The notes under the pieces: model-generated
Told to the model about the DNA's origin: nothing
Database searches by the model: none
Seen by the model: the letters and a program-made list of their open reading frames with translations, nothing else
NCBI GenBank assembly: GCA_963677595.1
Contig: OY782041.1
Coordinates: 1,152,001-1,216,000 of the forward strand
Length of the DNA: 64,000 bases
From: Spirochaetia bacterium
GTDB lineage: Bacteria > Spirochaetota > Spirochaetia > CAKZLE01
Direction of reading: 5' to 3'
Part shown: positions 38,964 through 48,921 of the stretch, piece by piece
How the letters are laid out: every line of letters starts with the position of its first letter
Position numbering within the stretch: the first letter of the stretch is position 1
Made by a program: the position numbers and the translations under genes

Positions 38964-40046
38964 CTACAGGTCAGTATACCAGATCTCCTCGCCATCCATG
39001 CTGCGGAAGAGATATCGATTTCCATCCCTCCTGATCAGGGATGGTTCCTGCAGGGTAACCTTGCCGCCGCCATCCGGCAGGTCGACGGCATACCTTGGCA
39101 TCGCGACCCCGGAGAGCCTCCTCCTCAGTGCTGACTCGATCCTGAAGCCCTCCTCGAGGGAGACCCGAAGATGGGAGGTACCGCTGGCCAGGTCTCCCTG
39201 GAACAGGTAATAGGGGGTGACCCGATGCGATACCAGCAGGTTCATCAGCTCCTCGAGGGTATCGGCATCATCGTTGACTCCCCTGAGGAGCACGGTCTGG
39301 TTATAGAGAAGGATCCCATGGTCCGAGAGTCTCCTCAGGGCAGCCGCACTCTCTGAGTCGAGTTCCCTGGGATGGTTGAACTGAGTCATCAGGAGGACCG
39401 GTGCTCCATCAGCGGTCTTCCCAAGGAGCTTGAGGAGGGAATCAGTCACCCGTGAGGGGAGAACGACCGGGACCCTCGTCCCGATCCGCAGGACCAGATC
39501 CGGTCGTGCCGCACGGAAGATGGCGAACATCCTCTCAAGCTGGCTGTCTTCCATGATCAGGGGATCTCCCCCGCTGATGAGCAGTTCACGGACCTCAGGA
39601 AGCCCCTCGAGCACCCGGGCAGCCTCCTCGATCTCATCGGCAGCCGCGATACCCTGGTGCTTTCCGGTGAACCTTCGCCTGAAACAATGGCGGCAGTACA
39701 TGGCACAGGTATCGGTCGCAAGGAAGACGGCCCTGCTCTGGTAGCGGCGGATGAGTCTCCCTGTCAGCAGATGCTGCTCCTCCGCCAGCGGGTCGGGGGT
39801 CTCGCATTCGAGGGAGATAAACTCCCGTGAAGAGGGGACCGCCTGCAGCCTGATCGGGTCGTCCCTGCCTGCAGCAGGGTCGATCAGCCCGAGGTACCGC
39901 TTGGGGAGGCGGAACCCGAGGGTCTCACGCCCTTCTCCGTTGTCGAACCACTCCTCTTCCTCATCGCTCAGCACCAGGTGTCCCGATATACCGTCACGAT
40001 CTGTCACTGCAGCTTTCAGCTGCTTCTTCCACTCTTCACTCGCCAT
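38964..40046 (-). CDS. epmB: KamA-family radical SAM, lysine 2,3-aminomutase for EF-P modification
   Basis: CAMYCRHCFRR, SGGDPL, NHPRE, NQTVLLRGVND, DLPDGGGK; lies near efp and epmA. Confidence 0.85.
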   Translation of the reverse strand: MASEEWKKQLKAAVTDRDGISGHLVLSDEEEEWFDNGEGRETLGFRLPKRYLGLIDPAAGRDDPIRLQAVPSSREFISLECETPDPLAEEQHLLTGRLIRRYQSRAVFLATDTCAMYCRHCFRRRFTGKHQGIAAADEIEEAARVLEGLPEVRELLISGGDPLIMEDSQLERMFAIFRAARPDLVLRIGTRVPVVLPSRVTDSLLKLLGKTADGAPVLLMTQFNHPRELDSESAAALRRLSDHGILLYNQTVLLRGVNDDADTLEELMNLLVSHRVTPYYLFQGDLASGTSHLRVSLEEGFRIESALRRRLSGVAMPRYAVDLPDGGGKVTLQEPSLIRRDGNRYLFRSMDGEEIWYTDL

Positions 40047-40129
40047 GCTCTATCCATACCACACTTGCCCGTGGGATGTCCATGAACTTAAAACTGACGG
40101 AAGCGAAACCCTCTCATAATATTTTCAGG

Positions 40130-40158
40130 TTGACAGGGCGGTTTCCCAGTCGTATGGT
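40130..40158 (+). promoter_or_regulatory. sigma70-type promoter of the MFS gene
   Basis: TTGACA-17 nt-TATGGT. Confidence 0.7.
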
Positions 40159-40187
40159 TGTAGTGATGTGCTACTGAAAGGAGAGAA

Positions 40188-41489
40188 ATGATGAACGAGA
40201 ACAAGCGATCCGCGACCATGAAGGGGTATTACGGTATAACATTCCTCATCGGTCTCGGTTTCTTCACCATGGGCCTGATGGACCCGCTGTATGACACCTA
40301 CATCCCGATATTCCTCAGCAGGTATATAGACTCGAAGAGCTGGATCGGGATCATCATGACCCTGGACAACGTCTTCGCCATCTGCCTGATCCCGATAGTC
40401 TCTGCGCTGTCAGACCGGACCAGGACACGGATAGGCCGTAGGATGCCGTATATCATAACGACGCTGCCATTGACAGCTGTCGCGTTCGGAGTCATCCCCT
40501 TCACCGCATTGAACACCCTGTGGGCTCTCATCATCTCGATCTTCCTGCTCAATGTCTTCAAGCAGTCAGCACGGGGTCCTGTCGTGGCTCTCATGCCGGA
40601 CATCATCCCCGGCGAGCTCCGCTCCGAGGCGAACGGCGTGATCAATACGATGGGAGGGATCGCCTCCATCGTCGGGACCATCGGTCTCGCACAGCTGATG
40701 AACGTCGCGATCGACCTCCCGGGCAGGGGCCCCACGAAGGAGATCCTCGCCTACCCGGTCGCCGGTATCCTCGTGATCATCTCAACACTCCTCCTCTTCC
40801 TCTTCGTCAGGGAGAAGAAGGAGAAGTATGAGGAGAACAAGGAGGAGAAGGGACCAACCATACGAGAATCCCTGAAGCTGATCTTCGCCTCCACCGACAA
40901 GAGCGCCCTGCTGATCCTCCTCTCCCTGCTCTTCTGGTTCATCGGCTACCAGGGAGTCCTCCCCTTCATCGGGCTCTACTCACGCGATGTCCTGCAGACC
41001 TCGTCAGGGACAGCAGCCCTAGCAGCCGGGATGGTCGGGATCGCCTATGCGATCTTCGCCATCCCCTCAGGGGTCTTCGCCCATAAGCGGGGAAGGAAGA
41101 AGACGATCAGGACCGCCCTGGTCGTGCTCTTCTTCATCCTCCTTGGGGTATTCTTCCATGACCCCGTCACCACGGCACTGGGGTTCAGCATCATGGCCAA
41201 GCAGATCTCCTTCTGGATCCTCATGTTCTTCTTCGGGATGTTCTGGGTCGCCATCATCACCAACTCCTTCCCCATGCTCTGGCAGATGGCCACCTATGAG
41301 GATATGGGGATCTATACCGGCCTCTACTACTTCTTCTCCCAGCTCGCGTCGATCGTGGCACCGCCGATCACCGGGGGGTTCATCGACCTCTTCGGCTTCA
41401 GGGCGATCTTCCTCTTTGCCGGGATCTGCATGCTGGCAGCCTTCTTCATCATGGGAGGGGTCCGTCGGGGAGAGATCTCCGGGGAGTAG
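40188..41489 (+). CDS. MFS transporter (GPH/sugar-porter-like)
   Basis: 12 TM segments, SDRTRTRIGRRMPY motif A, ALMPDI. Confidence 0.9.
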   Translation: MMNENKRSATMKGYYGITFLIGLGFFTMGLMDPLYDTYIPIFLSRYIDSKSWIGIIMTLDNVFAICLIPIVSALSDRTRTRIGRRMPYIITTLPLTAVAFGVIPFTALNTLWALIISIFLLNVFKQSARGPVVALMPDIIPGELRSEANGVINTMGGIASIVGTIGLAQLMNVAIDLPGRGPTKEILAYPVAGILVIISTLLLFLFVREKKEKYEENKEEKGPTIRESLKLIFASTDKSALLILLSLLFWFIGYQGVLPFIGLYSRDVLQTSSGTAALAAGMVGIAYAIFAIPSGVFAHKRGRKKTIRTALVVLFFILLGVFFHDPVTTALGFSIMAKQISFWILMFFFGMFWVAIITNSFPMLWQMATYEDMGIYTGLYYFFSQLASIVAPPITGGFIDLFGFRAIFLFAGICMLAAFFIMGGVRRGEISGE

Positions 41490-41532
41490 GCCCGAAATGA
41501 GTTGTCCTGCCTCTGCAACAGACACCATTTGG

Positions 41533-41562
41533 TTGGCAATTTTGCCGGTTAAAGGGTATACT
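41533..41562 (+). promoter_or_regulatory. candidate promoter of pelD-pelA
   Basis: TTGGCA-18 nt-TATACT. Confidence 0.5.
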
Positions 41563-41582
41563 ACAAGAAACAGGGGCAGGAT

Positions 41583-42869
41583 ATGAAGAAGAAACAGTTC
41601 GGATTGAGCCAGAGCATCATCGACCGCGCACTCAGCTTGTCACGGTTCTCCAACCTCTTCAGTACCTTCGGGGGTATGGTGACGGAGTTCATCCTCCTGT
41701 ATGCGCTCTGCATCATGATCTTCCTGCTGATCCCCGATATACAGTATTCCTTCCTCACCATGAACATCCACCCGCTCCTGTTCGTCTCCTGCTTCATCGG
41801 GATCAGGCACGGGTTCCTGGCAGGACTGCTCTCGGCCCTCCTCTCCTCGATGACCTATTTCTTCTCCTACACGTTCCTGAACCTCGACCCCATCCTCTTC
41901 TTCAGGAGCTACGAGTTCTACAAGTTCCCCCTCATCTTCACGCTCGGGGGCTACCTCTCGGGAAGGATCCATGACTCCAACTCGCGGCAGATGCAGGAGA
42001 TGCGGGATGCCAATGCGGAAGTCCTGCAGGAGTACGATGAGCTGGAAAAGACCTACAAGCGAACGATCCAGATGTACAACGAGCTCAAGGAGCAGATCGT
42101 CGGCGCCGAGTACAGTATCTTCTCCCTCTATGATATCGCATCCTCCCTGCAGACCACCAACCCAGAGAAGGTCTATACCGAGGCGATCGGCCTCCTCTAT
42201 AAGTTCATCAAAGCCCGCGCCCTCTCGATCTACACGATCGAGAACGGGGACTTCATGCGCCTGAAGATCCGGTTCGGCGGCAAGGCACACAAGAACAGCC
42301 GGAAGAAGTATACCGATTCCACCATGTACGACCAGCTCTTCAAGACCAGGAAGGCTGTCAGGTGGGCCGCTGATGCAGGCGAGGATGCACCGATCTTCAG
42401 TGCTCCCATCGTGTCCCAGGAGGAGGTCATCGGCATCATCGATATCGAGGAGATCGAGTTCGAGTACGTGACCGAGTACAGCTTCAGCATCTTCCAGGTC
42501 ATCAGTGAATGGATCGCAAAGGCACTCTCCCAGGCCCTCGACATCGACAAGCAGTTCCAGCTCATGGGCATCGACTACTCGAACATGCTGCAGGTCCCGC
42601 AGTTCGAGCTCCAGCTGAAGGAAGAGCAGGTGAGAAAGGAGAAGTACGGGCTGCCGTTCTGCCAGACCACCTACGACCTCGGCTTCCTCGATTCGGATGA
42701 GATCATCCCGAAGCTGCAGCGGACGCTGCGCAACGTCGACTACCTCTGCTATGACCCGGAGCAGAACCTTGCACGGGTACTCCTGCCGGCTACCGATGAG
42801 GAGAACTACATCATCGTCGAGAAGAGGATCTTCTCTTCACTCGGCTTCAGACTGGATCGGGCCATATGA
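41583..42869 (+). CDS. pelD: PelD-like c-di-GMP receptor (TM helices + coiled coil + GAF + degenerate GGDEF)
   Basis: N-terminal TM bundle (GIRHG..AG), coiled coil, GAF (APIV...VIGIIDIEEIEF), RNVD RxxD site, LLPAT; next to pel genes. Confidence 0.75.
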   Translation: MKKKQFGLSQSIIDRALSLSRFSNLFSTFGGMVTEFILLYALCIMIFLLIPDIQYSFLTMNIHPLLFVSCFIGIRHGFLAGLLSALLSSMTYFFSYTFLNLDPILFFRSYEFYKFPLIFTLGGYLSGRIHDSNSRQMQEMRDANAEVLQEYDELEKTYKRTIQMYNELKEQIVGAEYSIFSLYDIASSLQTTNPEKVYTEAIGLLYKFIKARALSIYTIENGDFMRLKIRFGGKAHKNSRKKYTDSTMYDQLFKTRKAVRWAADAGEDAPIFSAPIVSQEEVIGIIDIEEIEFEYVTEYSFSIFQVISEWIAKALSQALDIDKQFQLMGIDYSNMLQVPQFELQLKEEQVRKEKYGLPFCQTTYDLGFLDSDEIIPKLQRTLRNVDYLCYDPEQNLARVLLPATDEENYIIVEKRIFSSLGFRLDRAI

Positions 42870-44719
42870 AAAGAACCACCCTCAGGTACCTGCTGGTCAT
42901 CATCATAGTCATCATCACGGCGATCATCCTCCAGTACCTGAAGGTGATCAACTTCATACCACGGGCCTTCTGGATAAGCACGATCACCCGCCAGGAGATG
43001 ACCGAGCGGCAGACCCGGTTCATCAGTTCTGACACGGTGCCGGATAAGTATGACGGGGTGTTCATCATCTATGAGGGGTCAAGGACCCATGAACGAAACA
43101 GCTACTACCACCTGGCCCAGACCTTCAGGAACGCCCATATCCACCATGAGGATTATGATGTGCTGACCGATGATATCGGGGAGATGCTGGAGGATATCCC
43201 TTTGGGGAGCCACATCATCCTGGCGAATGAGATCTCAGAGCAGCTATCAGATGAGGAGATAGCCCTGCTTGAGCAGCTGGTATATGAAGGTGCTCAACTG
43301 AGCATCGTCGTCCGTTCCTTCGATGCCAGGCTCGGGAAGGTCGCGGGGTTCTCCGGCATAACCAGGTACATCGAGACCACAGGGATCAACTTCGAGGAAC
43401 CCATCTTCCCAGGACTCGATGAGACAGTGACCAACCCGAAAGCCTTCCACTCCTCCTCCCTCGAGCTGTCCCTGTCAGAAGGGACTGAGGTCCTGCTCAC
43501 TTCGGATGATGAGACCCCGCTGGCATGGAAACACCCCTACGGCAGCGGTTCCGTGTTCTATGCGAACACGACCATCTTCCAGGACAAGAAGAACCGGGGG
43601 CTGCTGCTGCAGTACCTCCTTGATAATGCAGACTACGGCTTGGCCACGGTATTCAATAAGAAGATCATGAATATCGACGACTTCCCGGCCCCGCTGCCGG
43701 CGGGGAGGGATGCCGATATCTACGCAGAGTACCATCGTGACATCATCAAGTTCTACAAGGACATCTGGTGGCCCGATATGAGGGACCTCGCGGCAAAGTA
43801 TGACCTGGCTTATACCGGGCTGATCATCGGGACCTATAACGATGATACGACACCGCCGTTCAAGGAACTGACTGAAGGGGACCTGGAGAATATCGAGTTC
43901 TTTGCCAGGAAGCTTGATGAGATCGACGGCGAACTGGGGATCCACGGATACAACCACAACTCGCTCATAACGGAAGGCCTCATAGACTTCGAGGATTACA
44001 GTTATAACCCCTGGGCTTCCAAAGAGGACATGGCCGAGGCACTCACCTACCTCAGGTCCGAGATCGAGGCCCTCGTCGGGGAGATAGAATTCAGGACCTA
44101 TGTTCCCCCATCCAACCTGGCGAACAGGCTGTCGGAGGAGGCTGTCCTGGCTGCCTTCCCTGAACTCAAGGTCTTCGGGGGACTCTATACCGGTTCGCAG
44201 AACGAGAAGGAGACCCTGATCCAGGAATTCGGGCCGAACCCCTATTTTGATGGTGTATATGACTTCCCGCGGTTCAGTTCCGGCTACCTGAATGAGAATG
44301 AGATGTGGTCTATCTACAGCGCGATCGCTGAGCTCGGCGTATTCAACCACTTCATCCACCCTGACGACCTGCTTGACCCAGAACGGTCTTTGAACAATTC
44401 ATGGGAGGTCCTATTCAAGAGTCTCAGCGAGACCTTCGCGGAATTGACCGATCGCTTCCCATACCTCGAATCCGTGACTGATTATGAGGCATACCTCGAC
44501 TACCTGAATTATGAGAAGATGGACATCTTCAGCAGAAAAGAGGGTTCCACCATCGATATATGGGTCGAGGATGCACCACTCCCAACCTATGCCTACCTGA
44601 GAGTCGATGCCCCGATCGTCGATACGGACGGGATCACGCTCCATTCGCTTGACCGGGACGGTCTCTACCTCATCGAGATCCGGAAACCGGAATCCTCTGT
44701 GACACTCTTCTCCAAATAG
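42866..44719 (+). CDS. pelA: DUF2194 / PelA-type polysaccharide deacetylase
   Basis: N-terminal TM, NIDDFPAP (CE4-like DD motif), ELGIHGYNH, YVPPSN, PRFSSG, HFIHPDD. Confidence 0.75.
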   Translation: MKRTTLRYLLVIIIVIITAIILQYLKVINFIPRAFWISTITRQEMTERQTRFISSDTVPDKYDGVFIIYEGSRTHERNSYYHLAQTFRNAHIHHEDYDVLTDDIGEMLEDIPLGSHIILANEISEQLSDEEIALLEQLVYEGAQLSIVVRSFDARLGKVAGFSGITRYIETTGINFEEPIFPGLDETVTNPKAFHSSSLELSLSEGTEVLLTSDDETPLAWKHPYGSGSVFYANTTIFQDKKNRGLLLQYLLDNADYGLATVFNKKIMNIDDFPAPLPAGRDADIYAEYHRDIIKFYKDIWWPDMRDLAAKYDLAYTGLIIGTYNDDTTPPFKELTEGDLENIEFFARKLDEIDGELGIHGYNHNSLITEGLIDFEDYSYNPWASKEDMAEALTYLRSEIEALVGEIEFRTYVPPSNLANRLSEEAVLAAFPELKVFGGLYTGSQNEKETLIQEFGPNPYFDGVYDFPRFSSGYLNENEMWSIYSAIAELGVFNHFIHPDDLLDPERSLNNSWEVLFKSLSETFAELTDRFPYLESVTDYEAYLDYLNYEKMDIFSRKEGSTIDIWVEDAPLPTYAYLRVDAPIVDTDGITLHSLDRDGLYLIEIRKPESSVTLFSK

Positions 44720-44735
44720 GGACGGATGGTGCGCA

Positions 44736-47348
44736 TCAGGTATTGCGTTCATCCTCCTTCTTGAGATAGTTCGATATCATATCCTGCAGGGAGACATGTT
44801 CATCATGTTCTTCGTCCTCTTCCTCTTCCTCTGCATCCAGCACGATTCCGGTGAAGGTCCTGATGAACTGGTCATCCGACTCCTCCGCTTCGGGCTCCTC
44901 ACTGATGAGTTCGGAGGGTATATCTCTAAGCTCATCCCCGTATTCAGCCAGGAGGGACCCGAGCATTGGCATATCTTCCTCCTCAGCCTCGAGGAGCTCG
45001 AGCGGCGTAGGTGCGGTCTCTTCCTGCTCAGTCCCCTCAGGAGCGGGTTCAGCAGCGGACTCCTTGCCCTTGAGGATGTCTTCCAGGACATCATGCAGTT
45101 CGGAGACGGTCTCCTCCCTTGAGACAGGCTCCTCGGTGAGCAGGTGATCGAGGATGTCGCCGATCTGGTCCGGTTCCTCCTCGGCAGGCTCTGTCACCTC
45201 AGGAGCGGGTTCAGCAGCGGCCTCCTTGCCCTTGAGGATGTCTTCCAGGACATCATGCAGTTCGGAGACGGTCTCCTCCCTTGAGACAGGCTCCTCGGTG
45301 AGCAGGTGGTCGAGGATCTCCCCGATCTGGTCCGGTTCCTCTTCGGCAGGCTCTTTCACCTCAGGAGCGGGTTCAGCAGGGGTCTCCTTGCCCTTGAGGA
45401 TCTCTTCCAGGACATCATGCAGTTCGGAGACGTTCTCCTCCCTTGAGACAGACTCCTCGGCGAGCAGGTGGTCGAGGATCTCTCTGAGATGGTCCGGCTT
45501 CTCTTCGGCGGGCTCCTCGAGGATCTCGGTGAGCGTCTCCTTCAGGTGCTCTTCAGTCTCCTGGCGCTTCCTCTTCCTGACCCGGTGCCGTTTCTCCTCC
45601 TTCTCAAGGATCTCCAGCGGTGTGACGATCTCCTCGTCCGCAGGGACCGGCTCCTTCATCTCAGGCTCTGCAGGAGCTTCCGTCTCCGTCTCAGCTTCAG
45701 GGGCTTCCTTGATCAGCCCTGCATCAGCTCCCCCGAAGAGGTTAGCCAGCAGCTGTGCGTCCTTCTCCGATTCCAGCTGGGTACGGTCCTGTACCCCGAA
45801 CAGCTCCTCTTCGGCGTCGGGCAGATTCTCACCACGCTCGATCGCGTCCTTCCGCTTCTTCTCAAGCAGGAGCCGGTCCAGGGCATCCTGGTCCGTCATC
45901 CGTTTGTCGATCCACTCCTCCAGCTTCTCGAAGGTCTTGCTCTTGGTCTTGGTATGCACCGGCTGGGTCCGGTAGGTGTGGCTGATCACATCACGATACC
46001 CCATGATCATCAGGTAGAGCCCGAAGAGCATGGTCACGAAACTTGCCAGGAAGAACCCGAACCCGTAGAAGTTCTCCCCCCAGGAGAGGGAGAGGAGCGT
46101 GAATATGACGTTCGTGACCAGGAAGACCACCATGAGCAGGAGGGTCTTGTTACGTTCACCGATGTAGAGGAGGACCTGCATGAAGATGAGGATGAAGGAG
46201 TTGCAGAAGGCTCCCAGGGCATAGATCATGAAGATCTGCCGGGAGCTCTCCGGAACGTTGAGCAGCGGGAAGAGCGAGCGGGAAAGGACGATGATGATGA
46301 TCGTGATGAACAGCTGGATCTCGAAGGTCTGCAGGATGTTCTTGTTCAGGGAGCTCCACATCCGCTCAGCGAAGACCTTCAGCTCAGAGAAGGGGCCATT
46401 CCTCAGGACCGCCAGGAAGAACTCCCGGCACTTCACCGAGAAGTCGGTCTCGATGAGCACCATGAAGAGCATGGTCGAGGGAAGGATCGAAAGATAGGAG
46501 TAGAAGGTGGCGATGTCATAGAAGGGGGCATACCGGAAGGTCCCGAAGAGCTCGATACTGATCGGGGAGAACCACATGATGATGTTATCGATCCAGATTG
46601 CCATGGTATAGATGACGCCGATCGGCCAGAGACTCGGCTCGCTGTGGAAGTAGCGGATGAAATGGAGGACCTTCCCGTTATCCTCCTTCATCTCTGAGAG
46701 CAGCGCGATCAGGAGGAACATCGTGAAGAACACGATCCCCCCGAGGTAGGCCAGCAGGAGGTTCGTCGACCCGCTGAACTCGGAGAACTGCATCGGGTTG
46801 TTCGCGAGGATGAGGATGAGGATGAAGGTGACGAAGGTCCCGAGGATGTTGGACATCGTGACCAGCTTGAAGTTCTTCAGGGTCGACTGGTAGACGATGA
46901 GCATCCAGAGGACTGAGAGTACCACCATCAGGGCGACCGAGAGGTAGAGGAACTCTATCGGGATCTCACTGTTCCGGTAGAACCAGATCCCGAAGGTAAG
47001 CGCGATCAGCGAGACCAGGGCAGAGGAACCCCAGAAGGAAGGTTTTATGTACTCATACTCCTCCTTGTAGATCCTGTCCGCAAGGAACCGGGTGATGACC
47101 ATCTGGAACGGTGCGGTCAGGATCTGCGAGAAGAGGGTGCTGTAGATGATCGCCGAGATGAGCAGTTCCCGTTCGACGAAGGGGAGGTTCCACCTCCTGG
47201 AGAAGGCGAGGATCAGGTTGATGGTGACGATACTGATGATCCAGGGGCCTGCCGAGACGATGGCTGTATGGAACCAGGCATGTACCCGTGTCGAGTAGGC
47301 ATCATCACTCTTGATCATCTTCCTCAGGGAGAAGCCTATACCTGCCAT
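44736..47348 (-). CDS. pelG: PelG exopolysaccharide transporter with long acidic C-terminal extension
   Basis: MAGIGFSLRK, SAGPW, TRFLADRIY, WIDNIIMW, YDIATF, ETDF in the first ~460 aa; ~400-aa E/P-rich tail. Confidence 0.88.
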   Translation of the reverse strand: MAGIGFSLRKMIKSDDAYSTRVHAWFHTAIVSAGPWIISIVTINLILAFSRRWNLPFVERELLISAIIYSTLFSQILTAPFQMVITRFLADRIYKEEYEYIKPSFWGSSALVSLIALTFGIWFYRNSEIPIEFLYLSVALMVVLSVLWMLIVYQSTLKNFKLVTMSNILGTFVTFILILILANNPMQFSEFSGSTNLLLAYLGGIVFFTMFLLIALLSEMKEDNGKVLHFIRYFHSEPSLWPIGVIYTMAIWIDNIIMWFSPISIELFGTFRYAPFYDIATFYSYLSILPSTMLFMVLIETDFSVKCREFFLAVLRNGPFSELKVFAERMWSSLNKNILQTFEIQLFITIIIIVLSRSLFPLLNVPESSRQIFMIYALGAFCNSFILIFMQVLLYIGERNKTLLLMVVFLVTNVIFTLLSLSWGENFYGFGFFLASFVTMLFGLYLMIMGYRDVISHTYRTQPVHTKTKSKTFEKLEEWIDKRMTDQDALDRLLLEKKRKDAIERGENLPDAEEELFGVQDRTQLESEKDAQLLANLFGGADAGLIKEAPEAETETEAPAEPEMKEPVPADEEIVTPLEILEKEEKRHRVRKRKRQETEEHLKETLTEILEEPAEEKPDHLREILDHLLAEESVSREENVSELHDVLEEILKGKETPAEPAPEVKEPAEEEPDQIGEILDHLLTEEPVSREETVSELHDVLEDILKGKEAAAEPAPEVTEPAEEEPDQIGDILDHLLTEEPVSREETVSELHDVLEDILKGKESAAEPAPEGTEQEETAPTPLELLEAEEEDMPMLGSLLAEYGDELRDIPSELISEEPEAEESDDQFIRTFTGIVLDAEEEEEDEEHDEHVSLQDMISNYLKKEDERNT
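45037..45516 (-). repeat. three tandem 162-bp (54-aa) repeats in the pelG tail
   Basis: TCAGGAGCGGGTTCAGCAG at 45037, 45199 and 45361 (162-bp period); unit EPAEEEPDQIGEILDHLLTEEPVSREETVSELHDVLEDILKGKEAAAEPAPEVT. Confidence 0.95.
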
Positions 47349-47349
47349 G

Positions 47350-48921
47350 TCAGTTCAGCTCCTCTACATGCAGGCCGATCTGCACATCCTTGCCCTGGGA
47401 ACTCTGGAGGGAGATCCGGTAGATCTCATCATAGGCCTCGAAGACTGCCTGCCTGCTGTAGATGACCCTGGTGCGTTCGAGGCCGTTGAGTCCGTACTGC
47501 TTCCCCATCTCCCGGTCCTCATAGAGCTGGATGATCGCATCTGCCGTCTCTCTCGGGGAGACCGGCTTGGTGATGATGCCCCCGTGGCCGAACCCGTCAC
47601 CGACCCCCTCGACCAGGTCCCGGCAGGAGCCGACATCGGAGGAGACCACCGGGGTCGCACAGGCATACGACTCGAGGATGACCAGCGGCTGGGCCTCGGA
47701 GATCGAGGTCAGGACGATGACGTCAAGGATCGGCATGTACTCCTTGATGTTCACCCGCCCCGTGAAGATGATCTGCTCCTCGAGTCCCAGTTCCTTGACC
47801 AGGTCCCGGCACTCCCTCGCATACTCCTCCTCCTCATCATCCGGCCCGATGACATAGAGCAGCGTATCCTGGTACTTGGCATAGACGTAACTGAAAGCCT
47901 TGATCAGCGTCTTCACATCCTTGATGGGGACCACCCGGAGGATCGCCCCGATGTTATAGGTCTCATGCGGGTCCTTATGTCTCGGGAACCCCTCGATATC
48001 GACACCGTTGGGGATGACATAGGCCCGTTCCGGGTCGACACCGAGTTCCTGCTGTATCCCGCTGTTGTGGGCGAAGAGGGCTATCGCTATATCGCAGGTC
48101 TGGTAGGCCCCCCGGGAGAGAAAATAGAAGTAATCGATCCAGAGCTTCTTGTAGGGACCCTTTACCCAGTCGACCTTGAGTATTTCCTCCTCACGTTCCC
48201 GCGCATAGATACCGTGCTCGGTGAGGACGAACGGTTTGCCGTAGGTGAACTTCCCGATCAGCCCGATCAGCCCGGCATACCCCGTGGAGATCGCATGGTA
48301 AACATCGGCATCAGGCAGCGGCTGCTGCATGATGGAGATCAGGGTAGCCAACATGGAACGGAAGGTCCAGAAGAAGAGGTTGAATCCCTCATCCGGGTAA
48401 TTGGCCTCATAGAGCTCGACCAGGCTGTCAAAGAAGTGCCTGCTCATGAGGTAGTCGATCGTATTGCCGATCTTCGCCGGATCGCAGACCAGACGGGTGA
48501 TCAGCTCCCAGTCGATGGTGGAATCGAAGAAGGTGAACTTGCGCAGCTGCTCCTTCTCCTCCCGGGACAGGCGCATCCCGCGCTTCATCGTCTGGTCGAG
48601 GTTCAGGAAATCATACATGTAGATCGTCCTGAACTCGATGACATTCTCGGGGAAGGTATACTTCAGCTCCTTGACCTGGTCTTCGGAAGCCATGATGGTG
48701 AGTATCTTGAACCGGTAGTCCTTCATGATGTTCAGCAGCTGGTTCACCCAGGAGGAGACCCCCCCTGCGATATAGGGGTAGGCGCCTTCCAGGATCAGAC
48801 AGATAGTCTTCCCGTCCGGCTCGAGGGACGCACCATGGCGGCCCCAGTCCCGGGGACGCCGGCTGTCGAGTTCACCCCTAAAGAGTTTGACCTGCTGCTT
48901 CTTCGCTCGTCTCAGTTTCAT
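47350..48921 (-). CDS. pelF: PelF GT4 glycosyltransferase
   Basis: ICLILEGAYPY..GGVSSW, HAISTGYAG, TEHGIYARER, RVVPIKD, SISEAQPLVILE. Confidence 0.92.
   Translation of the reverse strand: MKLRRAKKQQVKLFRGELDSRRPRDWGRHGASLEPDGKTICLILEGAYPYIAGGVSSWVNQLLNIMKDYRFKILTIMASEDQVKELKYTFPENVIEFRTIYMYDFLNLDQTMKRGMRLSREEKEQLRKFTFFDSTIDWELITRLVCDPAKIGNTIDYLMSRHFFDSLVELYEANYPDEGFNLFFWTFRSMLATLISIMQQPLPDADVYHAISTGYAGLIGLIGKFTYGKPFVLTEHGIYAREREEEILKVDWVKGPYKKLWIDYFYFLSRGAYQTCDIAIALFAHNSGIQQELGVDPERAYVIPNGVDIEGFPRHKDPHETYNIGAILRVVPIKDVKTLIKAFSYVYAKYQDTLLYVIGPDDEEEEYARECRDLVKELGLEEQIIFTGRVNIKEYMPILDVIVLTSISEAQPLVILESYACATPVVSSDVGSCRDLVEGVGDGFGHGGIITKPVSPRETADAIIQLYEDREMGKQYGLNGLERTRVIYSRQAVFEAYDEIYRISLQSSQGKDVQIGLHVEELN

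Noticed and set aside
45037-45516. Tandem repeats considered as a CRISPR array or mobile element
   Set aside because: In-frame 162-bp coding units with no unique spacers and no cas genes
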